Shown: piece after piece, positions 25,168 to 32,985 of the stretch
Numbering within the stretch: position 1 is the stretch's first letter
Layout of the letters: every line of letters starts with the position of its first letter
Sequence record: PQ850601.1
Direction: 5' to 3' (one strand)
Source of the DNA: Escherichia phage ElsieAttenhofer_Bas105
DNA: 39,718 nt
Program-made: the position numbers and the translations under genes
Notes under the pieces: model-generated
What the model was told of the DNA's origin: nothing
The model's input: the letters and a program-made list of their open reading frames with translations, nothing else
Database searches by the model: none

Positions 25168-26211
25168 ATGGCAAACGTTCCGGGTCAGAAAATTGGTACA
25201 GACCAAGGTAAAGGCAAATCTAGTTCTGACGCTCTGGCGTTGTTCCTGAAGGTCTTTGCTGGTGAAGTCCTGACCGCATTCACTCGCCGCTCTGTAACGG
25301 CTGACAAGCATATTGTCCGTACCATTCAGAACGGTAAGTCTGCTCAGTTCCCGGTCATGGGTCGCACCTCTGGTGTGTATCTGGCTCCCGGTGAGCGACT
25401 GTCCGATAAGCGTAAAGGTATCAAACATACCGAGAAAGTGATTACCATTGATGGTCTGCTGACTGCCGATGTGATGATTTTCGACATTGAAGACGCGATG
25501 AACCACTATGACGTGGCTGGTGAGTATTCCAACCAGTTAGGTGAAGCGCTGGCTATCGCTGCCGATGGTGCGGTTTTAGCTGAAATGGCTATCCTGTGTA
25601 ACCTTCCGGCTGCATCCAACGAGAACATTGCTGGTCTAGGCACCGCCTCCGTACTGGAAGTGGGCAAGAAAGCTGACCTCGACACTCCGGCTAAACTGGG
25701 TGAAGCAATCATCGGTCAATTGACCATCGCTCGTGCTAAGCTGACCTCCAACTACGTTCCTGCTGGCGACCGTTATTTCTACACAACTCCGGACAACTAC
25801 TCTGCAATCCTCGCGGCTCTGATGCCGAACGCTGCTAACTATGCTGCGCTGATTGATCCAGAGACTGGTAACATCCGTAACGTAATGGGCTTCGTGGTTG
25901 TTGAAGTTCCACACTTGACTCAGGGTGGTGCTGGTGAAACTCGTGGTGATGATGGTATCACTATTGCGACTGGTCAGAAGCACGCCTTCCCAGCTACTGC
26001 TACTGGTGATGTTAAAGTTGCTCTGGACAACGTTGTGGGCCTGTTCTCTCACCGTTCTGCTGTGGGTACTGTGAAGCTTCGTGATTTGGCGCTGGAACGT
26101 GACCGCGACGTCGATGCTCAGGGCGACCTGATTGTTGGTAAGTACGCTATGGGCCACGGTGGTCTGCGTCCAGAAGCAGCAGGCGCACTGGTTTTCAGCC
26201 CAGCGGCGTAA
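25168..26211 (+). CDS. Major capsid protein 10A (T7 gene 10 homolog)
   Basis: 347 aa; extensive identity with remembered T7 gp10A (ALFLKVF, KHTEKVITIDGLLTADV, DIEDAMNHYDV, YAALIDPE, RNVMGF, AVGTVKLRDLALER, KYAMGHGGLRPEAAGA). Confidence 0.97.
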   Translation: MANVPGQKIGTDQGKGKSSSDALALFLKVFAGEVLTAFTRRSVTADKHIVRTIQNGKSAQFPVMGRTSGVYLAPGERLSDKRKGIKHTEKVITIDGLLTADVMIFDIEDAMNHYDVAGEYSNQLGEALAIAADGAVLAEMAILCNLPAASNENIAGLGTASVLEVGKKADLDTPAKLGEAIIGQLTIARAKLTSNYVPAGDRYFYTTPDNYSAILAALMPNAANYAALIDPETGNIRNVMGFVVVEVPHLTQGGAGETRGDDGITIATGQKHAFPATATGDVKVALDNVVGLFSHRSAVGTVKLRDLALERDRDVDAQGDLIVGKYAMGHGGLRPEAAGALVFSPAA

Positions 26212-26342
26212 GCACTTTTAGCCAACCTAACGTCGCTACAGTAGCGGCTGCACCTGAAGAGGAGACTCTAACTCCTCAACAGAAAGCTGCGCGTACTCGT
26301 GCTGCGAACAGGGCCGCTAAACTGGCTGAGTCCAACAACTAA
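25168..26342 (+). CDS. Minor capsid protein 10B produced by -1 frameshift (predicted)
   Basis: Joining the 10A frame up to 26196 with the -1 frame adds the C-terminal extension GFQPSGVSTFSQPNVATVAAAPEEETLTPQQKAARTRAANRAAKLAESNN. Confidence 0.5.
26190..26196 (+). other. Programmed -1 ribosomal frameshift slippery site G GTT TTC
   Basis: Heptamer GGTTTTC four codons before the 10A stop, identical to the T7 10A/10B slip site; the -1 frame stays open for a further 49 codons to TAA at 26340-26342. Confidence 0.6.
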
Positions 26343-26346
26343 TTGA

Positions 26347-26387
26347 AACCCCTTGGGTGCCTTCGGGTGCTTGAGGGGTTTTTTTTG
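26347..26387 (+). terminator. Tphi-like intrinsic terminator downstream of the capsid gene
   Basis: AACCCCTTGGGTGCC-TTCG-GGTGCTTGAGGGGTT hairpin with G-U pairs followed by an 8-T run; same architecture as T7 Tphi. Confidence 0.8.
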
Positions 26388-26407
26388 CTTAAAGTGAGAG
26401 GAGACTT

Positions 26408-26974
26408 ATGGCTCAATACATTCCACTGAATGCTAACGATGACTTAGATGCCATCAACGATATGTTAGCTGCTATCGGTGAACCAGCAGTCCTGCAGCTT
26501 GACGAAGGCAATGCTGACGTCTCGAATGCTCAACGTATCCTGCATCGTGTCAATCGTCAGGTCCAAGCTAAAGGATGGAACTTTAACATTAATGAAGCTG
26601 CTGTCCTGACACCTGATGTCAAAGACAACAGGATTCGATTCCTACCGTCATACCTTCGTGTAATGACTGCCGGGGCCACCAGCTATTATAGCAACATGGG
26701 TGGATACCTGTACGACCTATCCACTCAGTCAACCACTTTCACCGACCCCATAACGGTAGAGCTTGTTGAGATGAAACCATTCTCTGAGATGCCAGTGGTC
26801 TTCAGGGACTACATCGTTACCAAGGCTAGCCGTGAGTTCAACGCTAAGTTCTTCGGTAGCCCAGAGTCTGAACTGTACCTTCGTGAGCAGGAAGCAGAAC
26901 TCTATCAGCAGGTCATGGAATACGAGATGGATACTGGTCGCTACAACATGATGTCCGACATCGGGAGGGACTAA
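26408..26974 (+). CDS. Tail tubular protein A (T7 gene 11 homolog)
   Basis: 188 aa; INDMLAAIGEPAV, RQVQAKGWNFNI, FRDYIVTKASREFN, MEYEMDTGRYNM match remembered T7 gp11. Confidence 0.93.
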   Translation: MAQYIPLNANDDLDAINDMLAAIGEPAVLQLDEGNADVSNAQRILHRVNRQVQAKGWNFNINEAAVLTPDVKDNRIRFLPSYLRVMTAGATSYYSNMGGYLYDLSTQSTTFTDPITVELVEMKPFSEMPVVFRDYIVTKASREFNAKFFGSPESELYLREQEAELYQQVMEYEMDTGRYNMMSDIGRD

Positions 26975-27201
26975 TGGCTAGTCACAACCTGAAGATTAAC
27001 CGCCAGCACTTTGGTCCGGTACAACTAGGTCTAAAGACAGCAGAGCTGAGACTTAACGACCGGGACTTTAAGGTTGGCGACTGGCTTATCCTGAATGAGT
27101 GGGACAACGGGTATACTGGACAACAGGTAGCACGTAAGGTTGTCCACATTGCTGACGTTGGTGACATCGCTGAGGGATACGTCCTAATGAGTATGATTTA
27201 A
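26974..27201 (+). CDS. DUF3850/ASCH-like small protein inserted between tail genes 11 and 12
   Basis: 75 aa; pattern LKI...HF..V..G.KT.E.R.NDRDFKVGDWLILNEW fits my recollection of the DUF3850 (PUA/ASCH-like fold) family; T7 has no gene here. Confidence 0.55.
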   Translation: MASHNLKINRQHFGPVQLGLKTAELRLNDRDFKVGDWLILNEWDNGYTGQQVARKVVHIADVGDIAEGYVLMSMI

Positions 27202-27210
27202 GGAGGGCCT

Positions 27211-29568
27211 ATGCCACTAATTACTCAATCAATCAAGAACCTTAAAGGTGGTATTAGCCAGCAGCCAGACATACTGAGGTTCTCAGACCAAGGCGAGGCA
27301 CAGGTTAACTGCTGGTCATCAGAGAGTGATGGCCTCCAGAAGCGTCCACCTACAGTCTTCAAGCGACGTCTTAACATCGACGTTGGGAGCAACCCTAAGT
27401 TCCACCTGATTAACCGTGATGAGCAGGAGCAGTATTACATCGTGTTCAACGGGTCCAACATTCAGGTAGTTGACTTGAGTGGTAATCAATACTCAGTTTC
27501 CGGTGCGGTAGATTACGTTAAGTCGTCCAACCCGCGAGATGACATCCGTGTCGTTACCGTTGCAGACTATACGTTCATCGTGAACCGTAAGGTTGTCGTT
27601 AAAGGTGGAAGCGAGAAGTCACACTCTGGTTATAATCGGAAAGCTCGTGCTTTAATTAACCTGCGTGGTGGACAGTATGGTCGCACCCTTAAGGTAGGAA
27701 TCAACGGAGGCGTTAAGGTTGAGCATAAGCTGCCAGCAGGTAATGATGCCGAGAATGACCCTCCTAAGGTGGATGCTCAGGCCATCGGTGCAGCTCTGAG
27801 AGACCTTCTTGTTGCTGCTTACCCTACCTTCACGTTCGACCTTGGGTCTGGCTTCCTGTTAATCACTGCCCCTTCAGGGACTGACATTAACTCAGTGGAG
27901 ACGGAGGATGGCTACGCTAACCAGCTAATCAGCCCAGTACTCGACACGGTGCAGACAATCTCTAAGTTGCCTCTTGCAGCTCCAAATGGGTACATCATTA
28001 AGATTCAAGGTGAGACCAACAGTAGCGCCGATGAATATTACGTGATGTATGACTCCAACACTAAGACGTGGAAGGAGACAGTAGAGCCAGGAGTGGTCAC
28101 TGGGTTCGATAACACCACAATGCCACATGCTCTGGTTAGACAATCTGACGGCTCCTTTGAGTTCAAGACTCTGGACTGGTCTAAGCGTGGTGCTGGTAAT
28201 GATGACACAAACCCTATGCCTAGCTTCGTGGATGCCACGATTAACGATGTGTTCTTCTACAGGAATAGGCTGGGGTTCTTGTCAGGCGAGAACGTAATCA
28301 TGAGCCGTTCAGCAAGCTACTTTGCGTTCTTCCCTAAGAGTGTGGCGACACTGAGTGATGATGATCCTATTGACGTAGCTGTAAGTCACCCTAGAATCTC
28401 AATCCTTAAGTATGCCGTTCCGTTTAGCGAGCAGCTACTACTTTGGTCAGATGAGGTGCAGTTCGTGATGACAAGCTCAGGGGTCCTTACCTCGAAGTCT
28501 ATCCAGCTTGATGTAGGCTCAGAGTTTGCCTTAGGAGATAATGCCAGACCGTTCGCTGTGGGACGCTCAGTCTTCTTCTCAGCACCTCGTGGGTCATTCA
28601 CCAGTATTAAGCGATACTTCGCTGTAGCAGATGTGTCTGACGTGAAGGATGCCGATGATACCACTGGTCACGTACTGTCCTATATCCCTAACGGGGTGTT
28701 TGACATTCAAGGTACAGGGACTGAGAACTACATCTGCGTCAACTCTACAGGTGCATACAACCGAATCTACATCTACAAGTTCTTGTTTAAGGACGGCGTA
28801 CAGCTTCAAGCCTCTTGGTCGCACTGGGAGTTCCCTAAAGCTGATAAGATTCTGGCGTCTGCGTCGATTGGCTCTACCATGTTCATTGTTCGTCAGCACC
28901 AAGGTGGCGTGGACCTTGAGCACCTTAAGTTCATCAAGGAGGCAACTGACTTTCCATTAGAGCCGTATAGACTCCACGTTGACTCCAAGGTGTCTATGGT
29001 AATACCAATTGGCTCATACAACGCTGACACCTATAAGACTACGGTTGACATTGGTTCTGCTTATGGTGGAAACGCTCCGTCTCCCGGTAGGTACTATCTG
29101 ATTGACAGTCAGGGTGCCTACGTGGACCTTGGTGAATTGACCGACATCTCAACTGTGGCTGTACTCAATGGAGATTGGTCAGGACGTACAGTGTTCATCG
29201 GACGGTCTTATCTGATGTCCTACAAGTTCTCACGGTTCCTGATTAAGATTGAAGACGAGAGTGGCACTCAGTCTGAAGACACTGGACGCCTACAACTTCG
29301 TCGGGCTTGGGTAAACTACAAGGACACTGGCGCTCTTAGGCTCATTGTCAGAAACGGTGAGAGGGAGTTCGTGAACACCTTCAACGGGTACACCCTTGGC
29401 CAGCAAACCATCGGTACTACCAACATTGGGGACGGTCAGTATCGCTTCGCTATGAATGGTAACGCATTAACCACGAGTCTAACCTTAGAGTCAGATTATC
29501 CTACCCCAGTGTCCATCGTTGGCTGTGGCTGGGAGGCGTCATACGCTAAGAAAGCTCGTTCCGTCTAA
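27211..29568 (+). CDS. Tail tubular protein B (T7 gene 12 homolog)
   Basis: 785 aa; SQSIKNLKGGISQQPDILR, VTVADYTFIVNR, INDVFFYRNRLGFLSGEN, DDDPIDVAVS, LQLRRAWVNY, IVGCGWE match remembered T7 gp12. Confidence 0.95.
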   Translation: MPLITQSIKNLKGGISQQPDILRFSDQGEAQVNCWSSESDGLQKRPPTVFKRRLNIDVGSNPKFHLINRDEQEQYYIVFNGSNIQVVDLSGNQYSVSGAVDYVKSSNPRDDIRVVTVADYTFIVNRKVVVKGGSEKSHSGYNRKARALINLRGGQYGRTLKVGINGGVKVEHKLPAGNDAENDPPKVDAQAIGAALRDLLVAAYPTFTFDLGSGFLLITAPSGTDINSVETEDGYANQLISPVLDTVQTISKLPLAAPNGYIIKIQGETNSSADEYYVMYDSNTKTWKETVEPGVVTGFDNTTMPHALVRQSDGSFEFKTLDWSKRGAGNDDTNPMPSFVDATINDVFFYRNRLGFLSGENVIMSRSASYFAFFPKSVATLSDDDPIDVAVSHPRISILKYAVPFSEQLLLWSDEVQFVMTSSGVLTSKSIQLDVGSEFALGDNARPFAVGRSVFFSAPRGSFTSIKRYFAVADVSDVKDADDTTGHVLSYIPNGVFDIQGTGTENYICVNSTGAYNRIYIYKFLFKDGVQLQASWSHWEFPKADKILASASIGSTMFIVRQHQGGVDLEHLKFIKEATDFPLEPYRLHVDSKVSMVIPIGSYNADTYKTTVDIGSAYGGNAPSPGRYYLIDSQGAYVDLGELTDISTVAVLNGDWSGRTVFIGRSYLMSYKFSRFLIKIEDESGTQSEDTGRLQLRRAWVNYKDTGALRLIVRNGEREFVNTFNGYTLGQQTIGTTNIGDGQYRFAMNGNALTTSLTLESDYPTPVSIVGCGWEASYAKKARSV

Positions 29569-29575
29569 CTTATTG

Positions 29576-29625
29576 AAGGGCCTATAGATTTACCTTAACT
29601 ATCACTATAGGGACTATAGGCCCTT
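29576..29625 (+). promoter_or_regulatory. 12-bp perfect inverted repeat enclosing the phi13-like promoter (candidate R13-type RNase III site)
   Basis: AAGGGCCTATAG (29576-29587) and its reverse complement CTATAGGCCCTT (29614-29625) flank the promoter core. Confidence 0.45.
29593..29615 (+). promoter_or_regulatory. Phage RNAP promoter (phi13-like)
   Basis: CCTTAACTATCACTATAGGGACT; +1 at 29610. Confidence 0.75.
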
Positions 29626-29644
29626 AAGGTTATAAGGAGACTTT

Positions 29645-30115
29645 ATGTATATTCGCAAGGCTACGGAACCAGATGTCCACTACTTTCTGTGGCATCTTTC
29701 AGCAGATGATGTTAATGAGTGCAAAGCAAACTACGGGTCAACAGTGGGTCTCTCTGAAAGACTGCTTAAGCACCTATCTCCGTCATCTGTGGTTTTAACG
29801 AACGGTGTAGGCGAAGTGTTTGCCTATGGTGGAAACCAAGGGGATAACGTATGGTTCTTGACTTCCGGTCTGGTATATAAGCTGAGACCTAAAGAGAAGC
29901 GGGAGTTCATAAAGTGTATCTCTGAGTACAGGGACTTAATGTTAGACCAATACGGGACCATCTGGAACTACGTGTGGTCAGGCAATAAGTCTCACATTAA
30001 ATTCTTGAAGTTGCTTGGCGCTAAATTCCATGATAATTGGACTGTAAGCCCGGTAACTGGTGAGCGTTTTCAACTATTCACTATCTCTAAGGAGGACGTA
30101 TGTGCGAGCCAGTAA
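29645..30115 (+). CDS. Gene 13-position protein (T7 gp13 is needed for virion assembly and infectivity)
   Basis: 156-aa ORF between tail tube B and internal virion protein B; assignment by synteny only. Confidence 0.55.
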   Translation: MYIRKATEPDVHYFLWHLSADDVNECKANYGSTVGLSERLLKHLSPSSVVLTNGVGEVFAYGGNQGDNVWFLTSGLVYKLRPKEKREFIKCISEYRDLMLDQYGTIWNYVWSGNKSHIKFLKLLGAKFHDNWTVSPVTGERFQLFTISKEDVCASQ

Positions 30116-30687
30116 GTATCGGCATGGGTATTATGGCTGTAGCTGGTGCCGCTATGTCCGCTTCTAGTCAGGCCAAAGCTGAGGGTGCTGCTATCGACGC
30201 CCAGAACCGTCAGGCTCAGGAGATGGTTAAGCAGATGAACTACTCTGACGCCAACCTGAAGATGCAGGAGCGAGACCTGAAGGAACAGCAGATGGCTGAA
30301 CTGACAGAGACCACTCTCAACGGTATCCGCAATCAGGGTATGGTCAGAGCTGCGGTAGCTGAGTCAGGTCTGGAAGGTAACTCTATGGACAGGATTGAAC
30401 GTCAGGTCAAAGGAGATACAGTCAAGGAGCGAGCAGGGATTACCGAAAGTTACAACCGTGACTATGCGGCTATCTTCGGGAACCGTATCGCCAACATTGA
30501 GAACACCAAGTCTGCTATCCGTGGTCAAGGTAAAATCATCAAGACCAGCCCACTGGCTCATGCACTTAATGTTGCTAACGCCGGGATGCAGGGGTACATT
30601 GCTGGTGAGTCAATCTCTGGGGCATCAAGCTCTGGTGGGTCTGCGCCAATTAGTGCTGCTAAAGGCACACCTACAGGTCATAGCTAA
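30100..30687 (+). CDS. Internal virion protein B (T7 gene 14 homolog)
   Basis: 195 aa; starts MC like T7 gp14; GNSMDRIERQ, ESYNRDYAAIFG, SAAKGTPTG match remembered T7 gp14. Confidence 0.85.
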   Translation: MCEPVSIGMGIMAVAGAAMSASSQAKAEGAAIDAQNRQAQEMVKQMNYSDANLKMQERDLKEQQMAELTETTLNGIRNQGMVRAAVAESGLEGNSMDRIERQVKGDTVKERAGITESYNRDYAAIFGNRIANIENTKSAIRGQGKIIKTSPLAHALNVANAGMQGYIAGESISGASSSGGSAPISAAKGTPTGHS

Positions 30688-30698
30688 GAGGAGGACTA

Positions 30699-32981
30699 AT
30701 GGCTAGTAATATTGAATCAGCTCTGGCTAATCGGACTATGGGTCGTGGCAGAGCGCCGGGTAAAACTATCGCTGTCAACTATCAAGCAGCCAACGTACAG
30801 GCTCCTACTGGCGACTCTGGGCTGGCTCGTGCGCTAACTAACTTCGTTGAGTCTGGTACTGGATTGTACAAGCAGTTCAAGGACGAGGAGAAGACCAGAG
30901 CTGACGAGCGGTCTAACGAGATTATCCGTAAGATGACACCTCAGCAAAGACGTGAGGCTATCCAGAACGGCACACTGCTGTATCAGGACGACCCTTACGC
31001 TATGGAAGCACTTCGAGTCAAGACGGGCCGTAACGCTGCCTTTGCGGTGGATGACGAGATTAACGTTAAGATTCAGAACGGTGAGTTCCGTACACGTCAG
31101 GACATGGAAGAGTATCGCCACCAGCGACTTCAGGACGCCGCTAAGTCCTATGCTGAAGAGGCGGGAATTAACCCTACCGATGAGTTCTTCCAGCGCGGGT
31201 TCAACGATAACATCACAGACCGCAACATCGCTATCTATGGGTCTTTCAATAAGTATTTCAGCAAGCAGTCTGAAGAGACAGCAATGTTGAACACCCGTAT
31301 TGAGATGAACTCATTCCTGAACGATGGCGACCTGATGCGTTCACCTGAGTCTGGCAAGACCTTCATGGCCTACCTTCGTGATGGACTAACTACTGCTGCT
31401 ATCCCCTCGGACCAGCGAGCACGAGAGGTCATCACCCAGACGGTCCGTGACGCAATCCAGAAGTCAGGAGGCTCAAACTTCCTACAGCAAGTACGAGGCG
31501 AGCGAATCACCCTTAACGGTGTGGATGCTACAGTCGAAGAGATTGTAGGACCTGATGTCTTCAACGCTGCTATTGTTGAGGCACAAGGGACTGAGTACAA
31601 GCTGGTGGCTAAGTATCAGGAAGACTTAGCGTTAGGCGTTCAGTCTGCGATTCTTCAGGATGACCCAACCATTGGTCTTGCCCAGATTCAGAAACTCAAG
31701 GAGCAGAACAACCTACTTCAGCCGGGTGAAGAACTCACGCCTCAGCGTCAGATGCTTATTAACGCCGAAGCCAGCTTACTGGAAGCGGTCAAGCGTAAGT
31801 CTGCTGAACAGGCGAAGGAGAACACTAAGTTAATCCAGACCCAGAACAAGCAACTGGTCATCGACCAAGTGTATCAGCGACGTCTGGCTGGGGACAACGT
31901 GTCCACCAACTATGAGGACCTTCCGGTCTCAGATGCTACAGGCGAGTTCAAACGTTCGGACATGAACAACTATGCGGCTGCCAAGCTACAGCAGATTGAC
32001 CAGATGGACACCCCTGAGGCTGCTAAAGACGCTCAGAAGGTGGCATTGTTAAGAGCTGACACTAACAACGGTCCGTTCCGTAATGCCTTCCAGACGCTGA
32101 CTCAGGACGCTGCTGGTGAGTGGCAAGCTGCGGTCATCCGTGGACAGTACGACCCAGACAAGATGCAACGCTTCGAATCTCTTCGTCGTGCCTACACTCA
32201 GGACCCTTCAAGTTTTGCTGCGCTGTATCCGGACCAAGCTCAGTTGTTCTCTACGTTCGACCAGATGGACAAGATGGGTCTGGACCCTCAGACGATGATT
32301 GAAGCTGATAAGCAAGCTGCAAGTCAAAGCCGTGAGATGCGCATGGAGTCAGACAAGGCATGGCAGGAGTTGAAGAACGACTCCAAGAACACCCAGTTGT
32401 CTCGCCTCCCAACGTCTCTGGACTCAAGTGCTCGTAAGGTCTGGGACTCATGGTACTATCGTACAGGTAACGCTGACGCTGCAACGCAGCAGACTCAACG
32501 CTGGCTGAATGAGAACACCGTAACGTTCCGGTCTGAAGGTTCTGACGGTAAGTCAATAGGTATGGTGTCCAAGCACCAGCTTATGGTCGGGGATAACCCA
32601 GAGTCGTGGCAGGTGGGTCGAGACATTATCGACACCGCTCGTCAGCAGCTCATTAAGGCCAACCCTTGGGTAGTGAACTCTCAGTTGTCCGTTGTTGAAC
32701 AGAACGGCTCTATCTTCCTCCAAGACGCTACAGGGACTATTCGTATTCGATACGATAAAGAACTTGTAGGTAAACTCTACCGCGAACAACAGCAGAAGGC
32801 ACAAGATGCCGCATATGCTCAGGCAGAACGTGACGCTAACAAGCGAGCGCGTATCGTCGGGACTAAAACTGCTGGTGACAAACGTCGAGCTGACCGAGAG
32901 GCCAACATCGAGAAGCGTGGTGGGATGTACAATGACGTCTCACTGGAGGGTATCGCAAAAGTACTAATTGGTAAGGAGTAA
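30699..32981 (+). CDS. Internal virion protein C (T7 gene 15 homolog)
   Basis: 760 aa; ADERSNEIIRKMTPQQRREAIQNGTLLYQDDPYAMEALRVKTGRNAAFAVDD nearly identical to remembered T7 gp15. Confidence 0.93.
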   Translation: MASNIESALANRTMGRGRAPGKTIAVNYQAANVQAPTGDSGLARALTNFVESGTGLYKQFKDEEKTRADERSNEIIRKMTPQQRREAIQNGTLLYQDDPYAMEALRVKTGRNAAFAVDDEINVKIQNGEFRTRQDMEEYRHQRLQDAAKSYAEEAGINPTDEFFQRGFNDNITDRNIAIYGSFNKYFSKQSEETAMLNTRIEMNSFLNDGDLMRSPESGKTFMAYLRDGLTTAAIPSDQRAREVITQTVRDAIQKSGGSNFLQQVRGERITLNGVDATVEEIVGPDVFNAAIVEAQGTEYKLVAKYQEDLALGVQSAILQDDPTIGLAQIQKLKEQNNLLQPGEELTPQRQMLINAEASLLEAVKRKSAEQAKENTKLIQTQNKQLVIDQVYQRRLAGDNVSTNYEDLPVSDATGEFKRSDMNNYAAAKLQQIDQMDTPEAAKDAQKVALLRADTNNGPFRNAFQTLTQDAAGEWQAAVIRGQYDPDKMQRFESLRRAYTQDPSSFAALYPDQAQLFSTFDQMDKMGLDPQTMIEADKQAASQSREMRMESDKAWQELKNDSKNTQLSRLPTSLDSSARKVWDSWYYRTGNADAATQQTQRWLNENTVTFRSEGSDGKSIGMVSKHQLMVGDNPESWQVGRDIIDTARQQLIKANPWVVNSQLSVVEQNGSIFLQDATGTIRIRYDKELVGKLYREQQQKAQDAAYAQAERDANKRARIVGTKTAGDKRRADREANIEKRGGMYNDVSLEGIAKVLIGKE

Positions 32982-32985
32982 CATA

